A stretch of 64,000 nt of DNA from an uncultured delta proteobacterium (GTDB lineage Bacteria; Desulfobacterota; Binatia; Binatales; Binataceae), in contig CAWCDG010000005.1 of assembly GCA_963794325.1 (NCBI GenBank), positions 96,001 through 160,000 on the forward strand, written 5' to 3'. Each line of letters begins with the position of its first letter. Positions within the stretch are counted from its first letter, which is position 1. Made by a program: the position numbers and the translations under genes. The notes under the pieces are model-generated. The model was not told the DNA's origin and did not search any database. It saw nothing but the letters and a program-made list of their open reading frames with translations. Below are positions 41,508 to 51,728 of this stretch, piece after piece.

Positions 41508-43052
41508 TCACGCCGTAAACCGGCCGCTGCTGATCGCGATCTCGCGCAGCCTTGCGACGTCTGCTTGTATCGCGCGACTGCGCCGCATTCGTTCCAGCGT
41601 CAGCGGGATACGATAAGTCCAGTTCCATGGGCTGATGGTGCCGGGCCGATTGATCTGCGCACTCCATCCAAACAAATCCTGGATCGGGACGATGACGAGC
41701 TTTGACGGCGCCGCATACAGCGCAGCTAGAATCGCGTCGCGCGCCGACTTCTCGAGCATCCGGCGCGGAATTACTTTGCCTTCGAGGCCAAGGCCGCGCA
41801 CGAATTTCTCGCGCACTTCAATCGGTTGCGCGCGCCACCACACGGTCAGCGGTTCGGTGTCGTGCGTCCCGGTGGTCGCGAGCGAAAGTTCAGGATAGGC
41901 CAATGGGCTGATAAATGGTTCGTCGCCGTGGCTCCAGTCGCGCTCCCACTGCATCACCTTGTATCCCGCGACGCCGAGATGCGTCAGCGACGCGCGCACC
42001 CACGGCGGCACTGTGCCGAGGTCTTCGGCGATCAGTTCGGTGGCGCCAGCTTCTTCCTTGATCGCGCGGATCACTTCTTCGCCTTGCAGCAGTTGATCGT
42101 TCTCGTTGACCGGCGTGAAAACTCCCGACTCGGCGAGATCGGAGCTGAAGTTGAATGTCCGATAAAGCCCGACCACGTGATCGATTCGCAGCAAATCGTA
42201 AAGCGTGCTCGCGTGACGCGCACGATTGCGCAGCACCTTGAATCCTTGCGCACGCATCGCGTTCCAGTTCGGCAGCGGCAGGCCCCATCGTTGGCCCTTG
42301 GGATTGAAGCCGTCCGGCGGCGCGCCAACCGTGCGCGACAAATCGAACTCATCCTGATTGGCCCACACCTCGGCGCTGTCGCGGCACGGCGAAAACGCGA
42401 GATCTCCGCCGATGAACGCGCCGCGTGACGACGCATACGCGCGCATCTCCGACCACTGGCGATGCGCGAGGAACTGCCAGTAGCCGTACATCTCGATCGG
42501 GTCGGCCAGATCGCGGCGCGCGAGCGTGAGCGCGGCGGGATCGCGCTTCGCAATCTCAGTCGGCCACGTTTCCCAACTGGTCCAGTTGAAACGATCCTTG
42601 AGCGCGCGAAACAACGCGTAGTCGTGAATCCAATACGAGTTGGCCTCGATGAACGCGTCGAGCTGCGCGGCTTCGTCAGATCCGCGACGCGTACGAGATG
42701 CTCGGTATGCGCGCTCGAGCAGGGGAAATTTTTCGCGCCGAATGATCGGGCGCTCGACGAATCGACGCCGGCCGACCGCTTCGCGCGCGCGCGCCAGCAC
42801 GACCCGGCCGACACCCGGCAGCCCGTTCATTGAAATGTACGTCGGATCGATCGCCATCACACTCATCGCGCTGTAGGGGCTGAGATCGTCGGGGCCGGTC
42901 TCGTCCAGTGGCAGCAACTGGATCACGCGATGACCCATCGAGAGCGCGAAATCGATCATCGGCGCGAGATCGAGGATTTCGCCGCGCCCGAGATGGTCGC
43001 GCGTGCGAATCGAGAACAGTGGAATCAGGATTCCAGCGGACCGCGGCAGCAT
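41508..43052 (-). CDS. malQ: 4-alpha-glucanotransferase (GH77)
   Basis: IQLLPL, SPYS, GAPPD.F...GQ.WG.P, RIDH, AEDLG, TGTHD. Confidence 0.92.
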   Translation of the reverse strand: MLPRSAGILIPLFSIRTRDHLGRGEILDLAPMIDFALSMGHRVIQLLPLDETGPDDLSPYSAMSVMAIDPTYISMNGLPGVGRVVLARAREAVGRRRFVERPIIRREKFPLLERAYRASRTRRGSDEAAQLDAFIEANSYWIHDYALFRALKDRFNWTSWETWPTEIAKRDPAALTLARRDLADPIEMYGYWQFLAHRQWSEMRAYASSRGAFIGGDLAFSPCRDSAEVWANQDEFDLSRTVGAPPDGFNPKGQRWGLPLPNWNAMRAQGFKVLRNRARHASTLYDLLRIDHVVGLYRTFNFSSDLAESGVFTPVNENDQLLQGEEVIRAIKEEAGATELIAEDLGTVPPWVRASLTHLGVAGYKVMQWERDWSHGDEPFISPLAYPELSLATTGTHDTEPLTVWWRAQPIEVREKFVRGLGLEGKVIPRRMLEKSARDAILAALYAAPSKLVIVPIQDLFGWSAQINRPGTISPWNWTYRIPLTLERMRRSRAIQADVARLREIAISSGRFTA

Positions 43053-43069
43053 CGGAGGTAGCGCGAAAC

Positions 43070-43726
43070 TTAGACTTCGACTCGCGCGTCGAGCCGGTAA
43101 ACGCGCGCGTTTCGAATCGTGGCCGCTTCGTCTTTGAGCAACTCGCGCCCGGCCGGCGACGCATACGCCGCGCGATACGCATCGAGCGAATCGAACACCA
43201 GAATCGCCATCCGGTAGCGCAAGTCCTCGACACCCGGCGTCTTGATCACTTTGCCGATGATGTAGTTGCGCAGGCCCGGAAGACGTCGCGCGATATTCAC
43301 ATGCGTGCCGAGGTAGTGCTTCTCCGCCGCTTCGAGCCCAGCGCCCTGTTCGAGATCGAACTCCGCCACCATCACGAAACTTTGCTGACCCGTGCGTCGC
43401 GAATCGAACGGCACGATCGTCTGCGCATCGAGCGAGGTCGATGTCCCGTCTTTGAGATGCGCTTGCGTGTCGGCCAGCAGCGCCGGAACGACGTCCGAGG
43501 ACATCGCGGAGGCCGCCGCCGACGCATCATCATAAGAAATAATCGCGCCACGAAATCGATCGGGTTGCTTACCCGCGACCTTCATCAAGCGGCCTGTGTA
43601 GTATTGCCGCAGTCCCGGGAAACGCCGCGCGAGCGCCACGTGATGCATCAAATAGTTGCGCTCTTCCGCGTCGAGATCCGCGCTCTGATAGTTGAAGGTC
43701 ACGAATGTGAGGTGCATCGGATTCAA
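43070..43726 (-). CDS. Tandem EthD-domain protein
   Basis: Two repeats of Y...H..LARR.PGLR.Y. Confidence 0.8.
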   Translation of the reverse strand: MNPMHLTFVTFNYQSADLDAEERNYLMHHVALARRFPGLRQYYTGRLMKVAGKQPDRFRGAIISYDDASAAASAMSSDVVPALLADTQAHLKDGTSTSLDAQTIVPFDSRRTGQQSFVMVAEFDLEQGAGLEAAEKHYLGTHVNIARRLPGLRNYIIGKVIKTPGVEDLRYRMAILVFDSLDAYRAAYASPAGRELLKDEAATIRNARVYRLDARVEV

Positions 43727-43736
43727 TCCTCGAGCT

Positions 43737-44501
43737 TCAAATCACGTAGCCGCCGTTGGGGCTGAGAACTTGCCCGACCATGAATTTCGAATCGTCGCAA
43801 GCGAGGAATAGCGCCGCGGCCGCGATATCGCGCGGCTCGCCGAAGTGCCCGATGGGCGTGGTCGCTTCTATCTGCTTGCGAACCTCGATCGGAATCGGCG
43901 CGGTCATCGGCGTATCGATGAATCCCGGCGCGATGCAATTGACAAGAATCCCCATCGGCACCACTTCGCGCGCGACCGATTTGGTAAATGCGATGATCGC
44001 ACCCTTCGCCGCGCAGTAGTCTGACGCGAACGCCAGACCGGTCGTGCCCGCGATCGAGCCGATATTGATGACGCGTCCCGACTGCTTGGGGATCATCACC
44101 TTCAGCGCCTCGCGTGTGCAGTAGAAGGTCGAGTCGAGATGCGTCGCGAGCATCTTGTGCCAATCTTCGTCGGTCTTCTGATGCGTCATGATCAAATCGG
44201 GGTTGTCCAGCTCGCTGGCGCGTGCGATGCCGGCGTTGTTGATCAGGATGTCGATCGTACCGAACGCCGCGACGAACTCCGCGAACATCTTTGCCACGGC
44301 CGCGCTGCTCGACACGTCGGCCACGAACGGCCGTGCGCTCCCGCCCGCGCGCTCGATTTCCGTCACGACATTACCCGCCGACTCGGGCCGGATGTCGTTG
44401 ACGCCGACCTTCGCGCCCTCGCGCGCAAACGTCAGTCCCATCTCGCGTCCGAGGCCTGAGCCGCCGCCGGTGATCAGTACAACCTTGTCCTTGAGTTTCA
44501 T
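43737..44501 (-). CDS. SDR family oxidoreductase (FabG-like)
   Basis: TGGGSGLG, NNAGI, YCAAK, PGFIDTPM. Confidence 0.92.
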   Translation of the reverse strand: MKLKDKVVLITGGGSGLGREMGLTFAREGAKVGVNDIRPESAGNVVTEIERAGGSARPFVADVSSSAAVAKMFAEFVAAFGTIDILINNAGIARASELDNPDLIMTHQKTDEDWHKMLATHLDSTFYCTREALKVMIPKQSGRVINIGSIAGTTGLAFASDYCAAKGAIIAFTKSVAREVVPMGILVNCIAPGFIDTPMTAPIPIEVRKQIEATTPIGHFGEPRDIAAAALFLACDDSKFMVGQVLSPNGGYVI

Positions 44502-44508
44502 CGACGCC

Positions 44509-44847
44509 CTACTTCTTGCCTTCCTTGAGTTGCCGCTTCCAATCGAGCCGCCGCGCCTCTGCGCCAGCCGCTTCCGCTTCCGGCACCATCCCCTTCTTCT
44601 GATAGAACATGCTGAGGTTGGTATAGGCCAGGATGTCTTCCGGCTCCTGCGCGATATATTTTTTGGTCAGCTCAATCGCCGCATCGAGATCGCCCTTCGC
44701 CTGATAGCACATCGTCATTCCGTGGATCGCATCGACGTACTTCGGATCGAGCTCGAGCGCCTTTTTGTAAAGCTCGATCGCCTCGTCGAACTTGTCATCG
44801 GCGTATGCGTCAATCGCCTCGTCGTATAGCTCTTCTTTGTCAGGCAT
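44509..44847 (-). CDS. Small TPR protein
   Basis: TPR pattern A...YKKALELDP.Y. Confidence 0.85.
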   Translation of the reverse strand: MPDKEELYDEAIDAYADDKFDEAIELYKKALELDPKYVDAIHGMTMCYQAKGDLDAAIELTKKYIAQEPEDILAYTNLSMFYQKKGMVPEAEAAGAEARRLDWKRQLKEGKK

Positions 44848-44896
44848 TTTTCACCTCAGATGCAAGCACACCCTCTTATATACTAGACTCTGTGCT

Positions 44897-45214
44897 ATGG
44901 AGAATTCGCCAGCACCGACCGAAGCCGACGTTTACGAAGTGCTGCGCGAGTGCTACGACCCCGAGATTCCCGTCAACCTCGTCGACCTCGGACTCATCTA
45001 CGGCGTTCAGATCGAGAACCGGGTCGTCAACGTCACGATGACGCTGACCGCGCCCGGCTGCCAGATGGGCATGATGATCACGCAGGACATCCAGGAAAAA
45101 TTGCTCGGCATCCCCGGATGCGACGACGCCAGCGTCGAGATCGTATGGGACCCGCCATGGACGCCGCACATGATGACCGAAGCGGCGAAGAAACAATTAA
45201 AGATCGACGATTAG
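44897..45214 (+). CDS. SufT/PaaD-like Fe-S assembly protein (DUF59)
   Basis: YDPEIPVN.VDLGLIY, MTLTAPGC, VWDPPW. Confidence 0.9.
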   Translation: MENSPAPTEADVYEVLRECYDPEIPVNLVDLGLIYGVQIENRVVNVTMTLTAPGCQMGMMITQDIQEKLLGIPGCDDASVEIVWDPPWTPHMMTEAAKKQLKIDD

Positions 45215-45278
45215 GATCGGGATCGATTCTCTTCCGCTCTCCTGCAAGGAGACGTTGCATAACCTGACGCTGGCGCGA

Positions 45279-45403
45279 GACGCGCTTCGCGCGAGATCCT
45301 TCGCTGCGCTCAGGATGACGAAAAAGACAACCGCTATACTCGTCATTCTGAGCGAAAGCTGCTGTAGCGAAGAATCTCGACGGACGCTCCTGCGGCCGGC
45401 GTT
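45279..45403. repeat. REP-like family 2 palindromic doublet
   Basis: Same arms as 12471-12598 with a different spacer; between convergent genes. Confidence 0.9.
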
Positions 45404-45429
45404 AGTTACTCAAAGTGCGTGCTCGCCCT

Positions 45430-47043
45430 TCAATCCGGATCGATCAGGACGCCGGGGTTCAGGATCGAGCGCGGGTCGAGGGCCTTCTTTGCCGCCTTCA
45501 GCGCGAGGGCGAAGCCGTCGGGGCGCTGGCGATCGTACCATGGGCGATGGTAGCGGCCGACCGCGTGATGATGCGTGATCGTTCCGCCGATCGCGATCAG
45601 CTTGTCAGAGACCGCAGCCTTTATCTCGTCCCACTGCTCCAGCTCTGAGCCGCGCTTGCCCGGCGCGAGAATCGTGTAGTACGGCGCGGGACCGTCGGGA
45701 TAGACGTGGGTGAATCGGCACGTCACCGAGCCCTTGCCACACACCCGCGTAATCACATCGCGCGCTGTCTCCATCATCTGACGATGAAATTCCGGGAATC
45801 GCTCCCACGTGATCGAGGTCTCGAACGTGTCGCTCACCATCCCCATCGCCGCGACCGTGTCCATCAGGTACGGCGCGTTGAGAAACGCGTTGCGCCACGC
45901 GCCCGCCGATCCTTCGTGCGTCGCCTCGGCGTCGGTGCGAGTCTTCGCCGCGTCCGCCGGAATTTTACCGCCGTGATCGGCGCAACATTCGAGCGCCCGC
46001 TTCATCCACGGTTCCAGCGGATGGTCCGCGGACTCGAACGCGAGCACCAGCACCGCTTCGTCGCCGTTGCCGGCGCCGGAGTTAAACGCCTCGCCCTCGT
46101 CGAGCACGCGGCAATTCGCGGGATAGAGCCCGGCCTGCGAAATCTGTCGGACCGCATCCGCCGCTTTGAAGATGCTCGAAAACGGCACTGATGCGCCCGC
46201 GCGAAACGTCGGCCGGTCCTGCAGGCGCATCCACGCCTCGGTGATGATGCCGAGAATTCCCTCCGAGCCGATGAACATCCGATCGGGGCTCGGACCCGCG
46301 CCCGATCCCGGCAAACGCCGCGACTCGACGATTCCGGTTGGCGTCACCACGCGCAGCGATTCGACGAAGTCGTCGATATGAGTGTACAGCGTCGCGAAAT
46401 GGCCACCCGATCGCGTCGCGATCCATCCACCGAGAGTCGAGAACTCGAATGACTGCGGGAAATGGCGAATCGTCAGGCCGTGCGGCTTCAACTGCGCGTC
46501 GAGCGCGGGACCGTACACGCCGGCCTGAATTCGCGCCGCGCGCGAGACCTTGTCGAGCTCGACGACCTTGTCCAGATGCATCAGATCGATCGACACGGCG
46601 CCGCGATAACGGTCGCCGTCGGGCGGCTCGACGCCGCCGACCACGCTCGAACCGCCGCCGTACGGCACCGCCGCAATCTGCGCGCCGTCACACCATTCGA
46701 GCACGCGAATCAGTTCTTCCTCATCGCGCGGAAACGCGACGACGTCGATCGGATTGGGATAGTCGCGCCGGAACGCCCGCCGGATGTCGCGCGATCCCTT
46801 GCCGTAGGTATGCCCCGCGCGCTCGTGCGTCGCCGTTGAGCAAATCGCTTCGAGCGCAGCCGGTGCCTTCACCCGCGGCGCGCGCAGATTCAGTTCGCTT
46901 TCCTTTGGCGGTGGCGTGATTTCGAGAGGTCCGATCCCAAATCGCTTGGCCATCCGCTCGGCCATATGCTTCTGCTGTTCGGGAGTCGGCCCCTGATCTT
47001 CGTAGCCCCATCCCCAGAACTTCCGTTTGCGATTCTCGGCCAT
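45430..47043 (-). CDS. FAD-linked oxidase, alkyl-DHAP synthase-like
   Basis: PYGGGSSV, HFPQSFEFSTLGGW, GSEG.LG, HHHAVG; ATG 47043. Confidence 0.85.
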   Translation of the reverse strand: MAENRKRKFWGWGYEDQGPTPEQQKHMAERMAKRFGIGPLEITPPPKESELNLRAPRVKAPAALEAICSTATHERAGHTYGKGSRDIRRAFRRDYPNPIDVVAFPRDEEELIRVLEWCDGAQIAAVPYGGGSSVVGGVEPPDGDRYRGAVSIDLMHLDKVVELDKVSRAARIQAGVYGPALDAQLKPHGLTIRHFPQSFEFSTLGGWIATRSGGHFATLYTHIDDFVESLRVVTPTGIVESRRLPGSGAGPSPDRMFIGSEGILGIITEAWMRLQDRPTFRAGASVPFSSIFKAADAVRQISQAGLYPANCRVLDEGEAFNSGAGNGDEAVLVLAFESADHPLEPWMKRALECCADHGGKIPADAAKTRTDAEATHEGSAGAWRNAFLNAPYLMDTVAAMGMVSDTFETSITWERFPEFHRQMMETARDVITRVCGKGSVTCRFTHVYPDGPAPYYTILAPGKRGSELEQWDEIKAAVSDKLIAIGGTITHHHAVGRYHRPWYDRQRPDGFALALKAAKKALDPRSILNPGVLIDPD

Positions 47044-47193
47044 CGGATTTGTCCTCGCGATACTTGAAGTTTGATAACTGCGGCGATTCTGCGCCCGCCG
47101 CGCCCGCGAGGGCAACCACGGAAAAATTGCAGGTTGCGCGCAATCGACGACCGTCGTATCAGTCGAATTACCCATCGCGAAGGAGACCTCGTC

Positions 47194-48077
47194 ATGCCCG
47201 ACTCACAGATTTCTCCGGCCGATCCGCATCCGCGGAAAAAACTCGAGCTCATCGGTACCTGGATTTCGTATGCGGATACCGGGGCCGGCGATCCGATCGT
47301 TTTTCTCCACGGCAATCCGACTTCGTCGTACTTGTGGCGCAACGTCATTCCGCATCTTGCGTCGCTTGGGCGATGCGTCGCGCCGGATCTGGTCGGGATG
47401 GGCGCGTCGGGACCGTCTGCCACCGGCGCGTATCGCTTCGAGGATCACGCCCGCCATCTCGACGCGTTCTTCGAGGGACTGAATCTCGAGCGCAAGGTTA
47501 CGCTTGTCGTGCACGACTGGGGCTCGGCGCTGGGCTTTCACTGGGCAGCGCGGCATCCCGAGGCGGTCAAGGGAATCGCGTACATGGAGGCGATCGTCAG
47601 GCCGCTGCAATGGTCAGAATGGTCGCAGGCGGCGGTTGCGATCTTCAAGGCGCTGCGCAGTCCGGCCGGCGACGACATGATTTTGAAAAATAATATTTTC
47701 GTCGAGCGCATTCTGCCCGGCAGCATCCTTCGCAAGCTCAGCGACGAGGAAATGAACGCGTATCGAAAGACCTTCATCGCAGCCCGGCGAGTCGCGGCGT
47801 CCGACGCTAACGTGGCCGCGCGAAATTCCAATCGAAGGCGAGCCTGCCGAACGTCGTTGCGATCGCCGACGATTATTCGAAGTGGCTCGAAAAAAGCACG
47901 ACGCCGAAGTTGTTCGTCAATGCCGACCCCGGCGCGATTCTTACTGGCGCGCAGCGCGAGTACTGCCGCCGTTGGCCGAATCAGCGCGAGGTGACGGTCA
48001 AGGGCGTCCATTTTATTCAGGAAGATTCGCCGCACGAGATCGGGCGCGCGATTGCTGACTGGTACAAGTCGCTCTGA
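47194..48077 (+). CDS. Haloalkane dehalogenase, frameshifted at ~47785 and ~47850
   Basis: [15 protein letters not shown]; [12 protein letters not shown] and HFIQEDSP lie in shifted frames. Confidence 0.88.
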
Positions 48078-48122
48078 AAACAAGGCGCTTCGGATTCTGA
48101 AACAGGCGGGCGGCCCCGGCGC

Positions 48123-48179
48123 TTGACATACGCCGTGACCGGATGTATTTAACCCGTAGGTTATTTAACTGAATGGTTC
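48123..48179 (+). promoter_or_regulatory. Sigma70-type promoter with tandem ArsR operator-like sites
   Basis: TTGACA 48123-48128, 17-nt spacer, weak TATTTA; taacc-cgta-ggtta and ttaac-tgaatg-gttca overlapping the start. Confidence 0.6.
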
Positions 48180-48553
48180 AGCAGCTCACATCGGCCGAGC
48201 ATCTCAACGCGACTTTCTCGGCGCTCGCCGATCCGACCCGCCGCGCAATTCTCGCTCGCCTCGCCTCCGGTGAGACTTCCGTCTCCGAGCTGGCCGAGCC
48301 GTTCGAGATGAGCATGCCGGCAATCTCCAAGCATCTGAAGGTGCTGCAGCGCGCGGGGTTGATCGAGCGCGGGCGCGAGGCGCAATGGCGTCCGTGCCGG
48401 CTCGCGGCGGGTCCTCTCAAGGATGCGTCGGATTGGCTCGAGCACTATCGCGGCTTCTGGGAGGAGGCGTTCGATCGGCTCGAGGATTATCTGCGCGAGT
48501 TGCAGAAGCAGGAGTCGAAAAAAAAGGAGCACAAGAATGGCCGCAAAAAGTAG
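48173..48553 (+). CDS. ArsR/SmtB family regulator (SRPBCC-associated)
   Basis: FSALADPTRRAIL, AISKHLKVL..AGLI, REAQWRPC. Confidence 0.93.
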   Translation: MVQQLTSAEHLNATFSALADPTRRAILARLASGETSVSELAEPFEMSMPAISKHLKVLQRAGLIERGREAQWRPCRLAAGPLKDASDWLEHYRGFWEEAFDRLEDYLRELQKQESKKKEHKNGRKK

Positions 48554-49064
48554 TATCGTTGCCGCCGCCGAATCCGTCGCTCGCGAACTCGTCGTCACGC
48601 GCGTTTTCAATGCGCCGCGCAACCTCGTGTGGAAAGCGCTGACCGAGCCTGAGCGCCTTGAACACTGGTGGGGGCCGAAAGGCTTCACCTCGCGCGTCCA
48701 CAAACTCGAGCTGCGCCCCGGCGGCACCTTTCTATACAGCCAGCGAACCCCCGACGGCCGCGAGATGTGGGGCAAGTGGGTGTATCGCGAAATCGTCGCA
48801 CCGGAACGGCTGGTGATGGTCTCTTCGTTTACCGACGAGAAGGGCAACCTGGTCCGCCATCCGTTTCAGGCGAACTGGCCGCTCGAGACGCTGGGCACGT
48901 CGACGTTCACCGAGGATCGCGGCCGCACGACGGTGACGGTGCGGATGGTCCCGATAAACGCGACCGAGTCGGAGGAGCAGACTTTCTTCGACGGGACTAA
49001 CTTTATGGAAGAAGGATTTGCCGGCACTTGGGACAAGCTCGACGAATACCTGGCAACGGTCTGA
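48537..49064 (+). CDS. SRPBCC/AHA1 domain protein
   Basis: R.F.APR.LVWKA.T.PE....WWGP; AAGGAG RBS. Confidence 0.92.
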   Translation: MAAKSSIVAAAESVARELVVTRVFNAPRNLVWKALTEPERLEHWWGPKGFTSRVHKLELRPGGTFLYSQRTPDGREMWGKWVYREIVAPERLVMVSSFTDEKGNLVRHPFQANWPLETLGTSTFTEDRGRTTVTVRMVPINATESEEQTFFDGTNFMEEGFAGTWDKLDEYLATV

Positions 49065-49097
49065 GTCAGCACCGTCAACTGGTCAAAGGAGAACGCC

Positions 49098-50024
49098 ATG
49101 CAACTGTCTGATACTACGATCGCTGATACGTCGGATCGCGAGATCGTGGTGACCCGCGTTTTCGACGCGCCGCGTGCGCTGGTCTTCAAGGCGTGGACGG
49201 ATCCGAAGCATCTGGCGCATTGGTGGGGACCGAACGGCTTTTCGATCACGACTCATGAGATGGAATTCAAACCGGGCGGCATCTGGCGGTTCGTGATGCA
49301 CGGACCCGACGGCCGCGATTACAAAAACGAGCAGGTCTATGTCGAAATCGTCGAACCCGAGCGACTGGTTTACAGGCATGTCTCGACACCGCAGTTTCAA
49401 ATGACGGTGACGTTCGCGGACGACGGCGATAAGACACGGCTCACGGCGCGGATGCTCTTTGAGTCGGCCGCGGTGCGCGATCAGACGGTCAAAACGTTCG
49501 GCGCCGCCGAGGGTTTGAAGCAGACCCTGGGACGCCTCGCCAAGCATGTGACGAATATGAAGAGAGGCCCAACGATGACGCACAACGCCGAAGTTACGGT
49601 TGGCGATCGCGAGCTCACTATCACGCGCATCTTCGACGCGCCCCGCCCGCTGGTTTTCTTCGCGTGGTCTAGACCCAAACACCTGATGCGTTGGTTCGCG
49701 CCTAACAACTTCACCGTGCCGGAGTGCGAGATGGACTTCCGCGACGGCGGCCTTTTCAGGGTCTGTATGCGCGGGTTCGGCAAGGACCATTGGATGAACG
49801 GGGTCTTTCGCGAAATCGTCCAGCCGGAGCGAATCGTCTGGAGCAGCTTGTTGGATAACGACACGAACGAAGTGGTCACGACAGCGACGTTCATCGTTGT
49901 GGGCGGCAAGACCAGGCTCACCGTGCATCAGACCTACTCGATCGAAACTGATTCGACCCGCGGTGCACCACAGGGATGGACCGAAACCCTCGATCATCTC
50001 GCCGAATTGCTGGCCGACGCCTGA
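49098..50024 (+). CDS. Two SRPBCC domains, probably two genes (second start 49575) joined by a 1-nt insertion
   Basis: Two full AHA1 repeats; AGAGG RBS before internal ATG 49575. Confidence 0.85.
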   Translation: MQLSDTTIADTSDREIVVTRVFDAPRALVFKAWTDPKHLAHWWGPNGFSITTHEMEFKPGGIWRFVMHGPDGRDYKNEQVYVEIVEPERLVYRHVSTPQFQMTVTFADDGDKTRLTARMLFESAAVRDQTVKTFGAAEGLKQTLGRLAKHVTNMKRGPTMTHNAEVTVGDRELTITRIFDAPRPLVFFAWSRPKHLMRWFAPNNFTVPECEMDFRDGGLFRVCMRGFGKDHWMNGVFREIVQPERIVWSSLLDNDTNEVVTTATFIVVGGKTRLTVHQTYSIETDSTRGAPQGWTETLDHLAELLADA

Positions 50025-50049
50025 CGAAATTGACTGAAGGAGAATTATT

Positions 50050-50521
50050 ATGGGAGCAGCAGCTAACTTGGTTACCGAGCCCGCCGATCGCGTGCTCAAA
50101 ATCGAGCGCGTCTTCGACGCACCTCGCAGCCTGGTCTTTAGAGCATGGACGGAATCCGAGCACATGGCGCGATGGTGGGGGCCGCGCGGCTTCAAGAGCA
50201 CCGTCCTCAAAAACGATCCGCGCCCGGGCGGCAGTTATCGAATCCACATGCTCGGTCCCGACGGTGATCATTGGACGCAAGGCGTCTATCGCGAGTTCGT
50301 CCCGCCCGAGCGGCTGGTCATGGTCGGGAACTGGGCCGATGCGCAGGGGAATCCCACGCGGCCCGAAACAACCTTGACGCTGCTGTTCGAGGACGTCGGC
50401 GGCAAGACCAAGCTCACCTTGCACAACGCGATTTTCGAATCGGTCACAGCGCGCGATATGCACAACAGCGGATGGAGCAGCAGCCTCGACTGCCTGGCGG
50501 AGTATCTGGCGAGCCGCGTGA
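50050..50521 (+). CDS. SRPBCC/AHA1 domain protein (ORF as sequenced runs to 50592)
   Basis: FDAPR.LVF.AWT, GWSSSLD.L.EYL; removing one C in gagccgcgtga gives a stop at 50521. Confidence 0.85.
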
Positions 50522-50528
50522 GTCTCAG

Positions 50529-50572
50529 GAACCTAACCCCTAACCCCTTCCCGCGCGGGAAGGGGGACCGGA
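50529..50572. repeat. REP-like family 1 copy (reverse)
   Basis: aacctaacccctaaccccttcccgcgcgggaagggggaccgga. Confidence 0.9.
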
Positions 50573-50597
50573 GGCGGAGAGAGAGGCGATAATAATC

Positions 50598-51719
50598 ATG
50601 CAGCACGCGAATTCAATCACACCACGGAGCGGCGACTTGCTCCTGATTGTCGGGACCGCCAAGGGCGTGTTCATTTTCAAGAGCGATCGCGATCGCCGGC
50701 AGTTCGAAATTGCGGGGCCCTACTTCAAAGGGCAGGCGGTTTTTTCGACGGCGTTCTTTCAGGATAAACGGCCGCGCATCCTCGTCGGTCACATGAGTAT
50801 GCATTGGGGCGCGCTGGTGAGCTGGTCGGATAATTTCGGCGCGAGCTGGCATGAGCCCGAAGACGGCAACGTGAAATTTCCGGCGGGCAGCGGTCTTACG
50901 TTGAACGCGGTGTGGGCGCTCGAGCCGGCGCCGCTAGTCGGCCCTGATGTCGTATTTGCGGGCGCCGATCCCGCGGCGCTCTTTCGATCCGACGATCGCG
51001 GCGAGACGTTTCGTCCCGTCGACTCTCTGCTGAACCATCATGAGCGTCCGTATTGGATGCCGGGCGCCGGCGGCCTGTGCCTGCACACGATCCTGCCTGA
51101 CCCGCGCGACCCGAAGCGCATCCTGGTCGGCATTTCTTCGGCTGGCATGTATCGCACCGACGACGGCGGCGAGACGTGGACGCGTCGCAACCAGGGCGTG
51201 AAGATGGAAGGCGGTCCGCCGCACGCGCCGCATTTCGGTCCGCAATGCGCGCACAAGATGCGTTACGATGCGAAAAATCCCGCGCGCATCTACTTGCAGA
51301 ATCACCCGGGCGTCTATCGCAGCGACGACGGCGGCGATTCGTGGATCGATATCCACGAGGGACTGCCGTCGGAGTTCGGCTTTCCGCTGGTTGCGCATCC
51401 GAGCCGTGGCGATACCGCCTATCTGATACCGCTCGAGTCGGACCAGTTTCGAGTGCCGCTTGAAGGCGCTGTCAAAGTCTGGCGCACGCGCGACGCCGGC
51501 GAATCGTGGGAGCCGCTCGGCACCGGCCTACCCAATCGCGACTGCTACTTCTCGGTGCTGCGCGACGCATTCGCGTCCGACCGCCTCGATCCCGCGGGCC
51601 TCTACTTCGGCACGCGCGGCGGCCAACTGTTCGCGTCGCGCGACGAAGGAGAAAGCTGGAATTCGATCGCCGACTGGCTGCCCGCAGTGCTATGCGTCAA
51701 AGCGGTCGAGGTCGCGTGA
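50598..51719 (+). CDS. BNR/Asp-box beta-propeller protein
   Basis: Repeated S.D.G.TW boxes, GGLCLH, QNHPGVYRSDD, PSEFGFP. Confidence 0.88.
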   Translation: MQHANSITPRSGDLLLIVGTAKGVFIFKSDRDRRQFEIAGPYFKGQAVFSTAFFQDKRPRILVGHMSMHWGALVSWSDNFGASWHEPEDGNVKFPAGSGLTLNAVWALEPAPLVGPDVVFAGADPAALFRSDDRGETFRPVDSLLNHHERPYWMPGAGGLCLHTILPDPRDPKRILVGISSAGMYRTDDGGETWTRRNQGVKMEGGPPHAPHFGPQCAHKMRYDAKNPARIYLQNHPGVYRSDDGGDSWIDIHEGLPSEFGFPLVAHPSRGDTAYLIPLESDQFRVPLEGAVKVWRTRDAGESWEPLGTGLPNRDCYFSVLRDAFASDRLDPAGLYFGTRGGQLFASRDEGESWNSIADWLPAVLCVKAVEVA

Positions 51720-51728
51720 GTATCGGCG

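Noticed and set aside
50522-50592. Repeat-derived C-terminal extension (NLTPNPFPRGKG) on SRPBCC
   Set aside because: Better explained by a one-base insertion abolishing TGA at 50519-50521, matching the window-wide error pattern.
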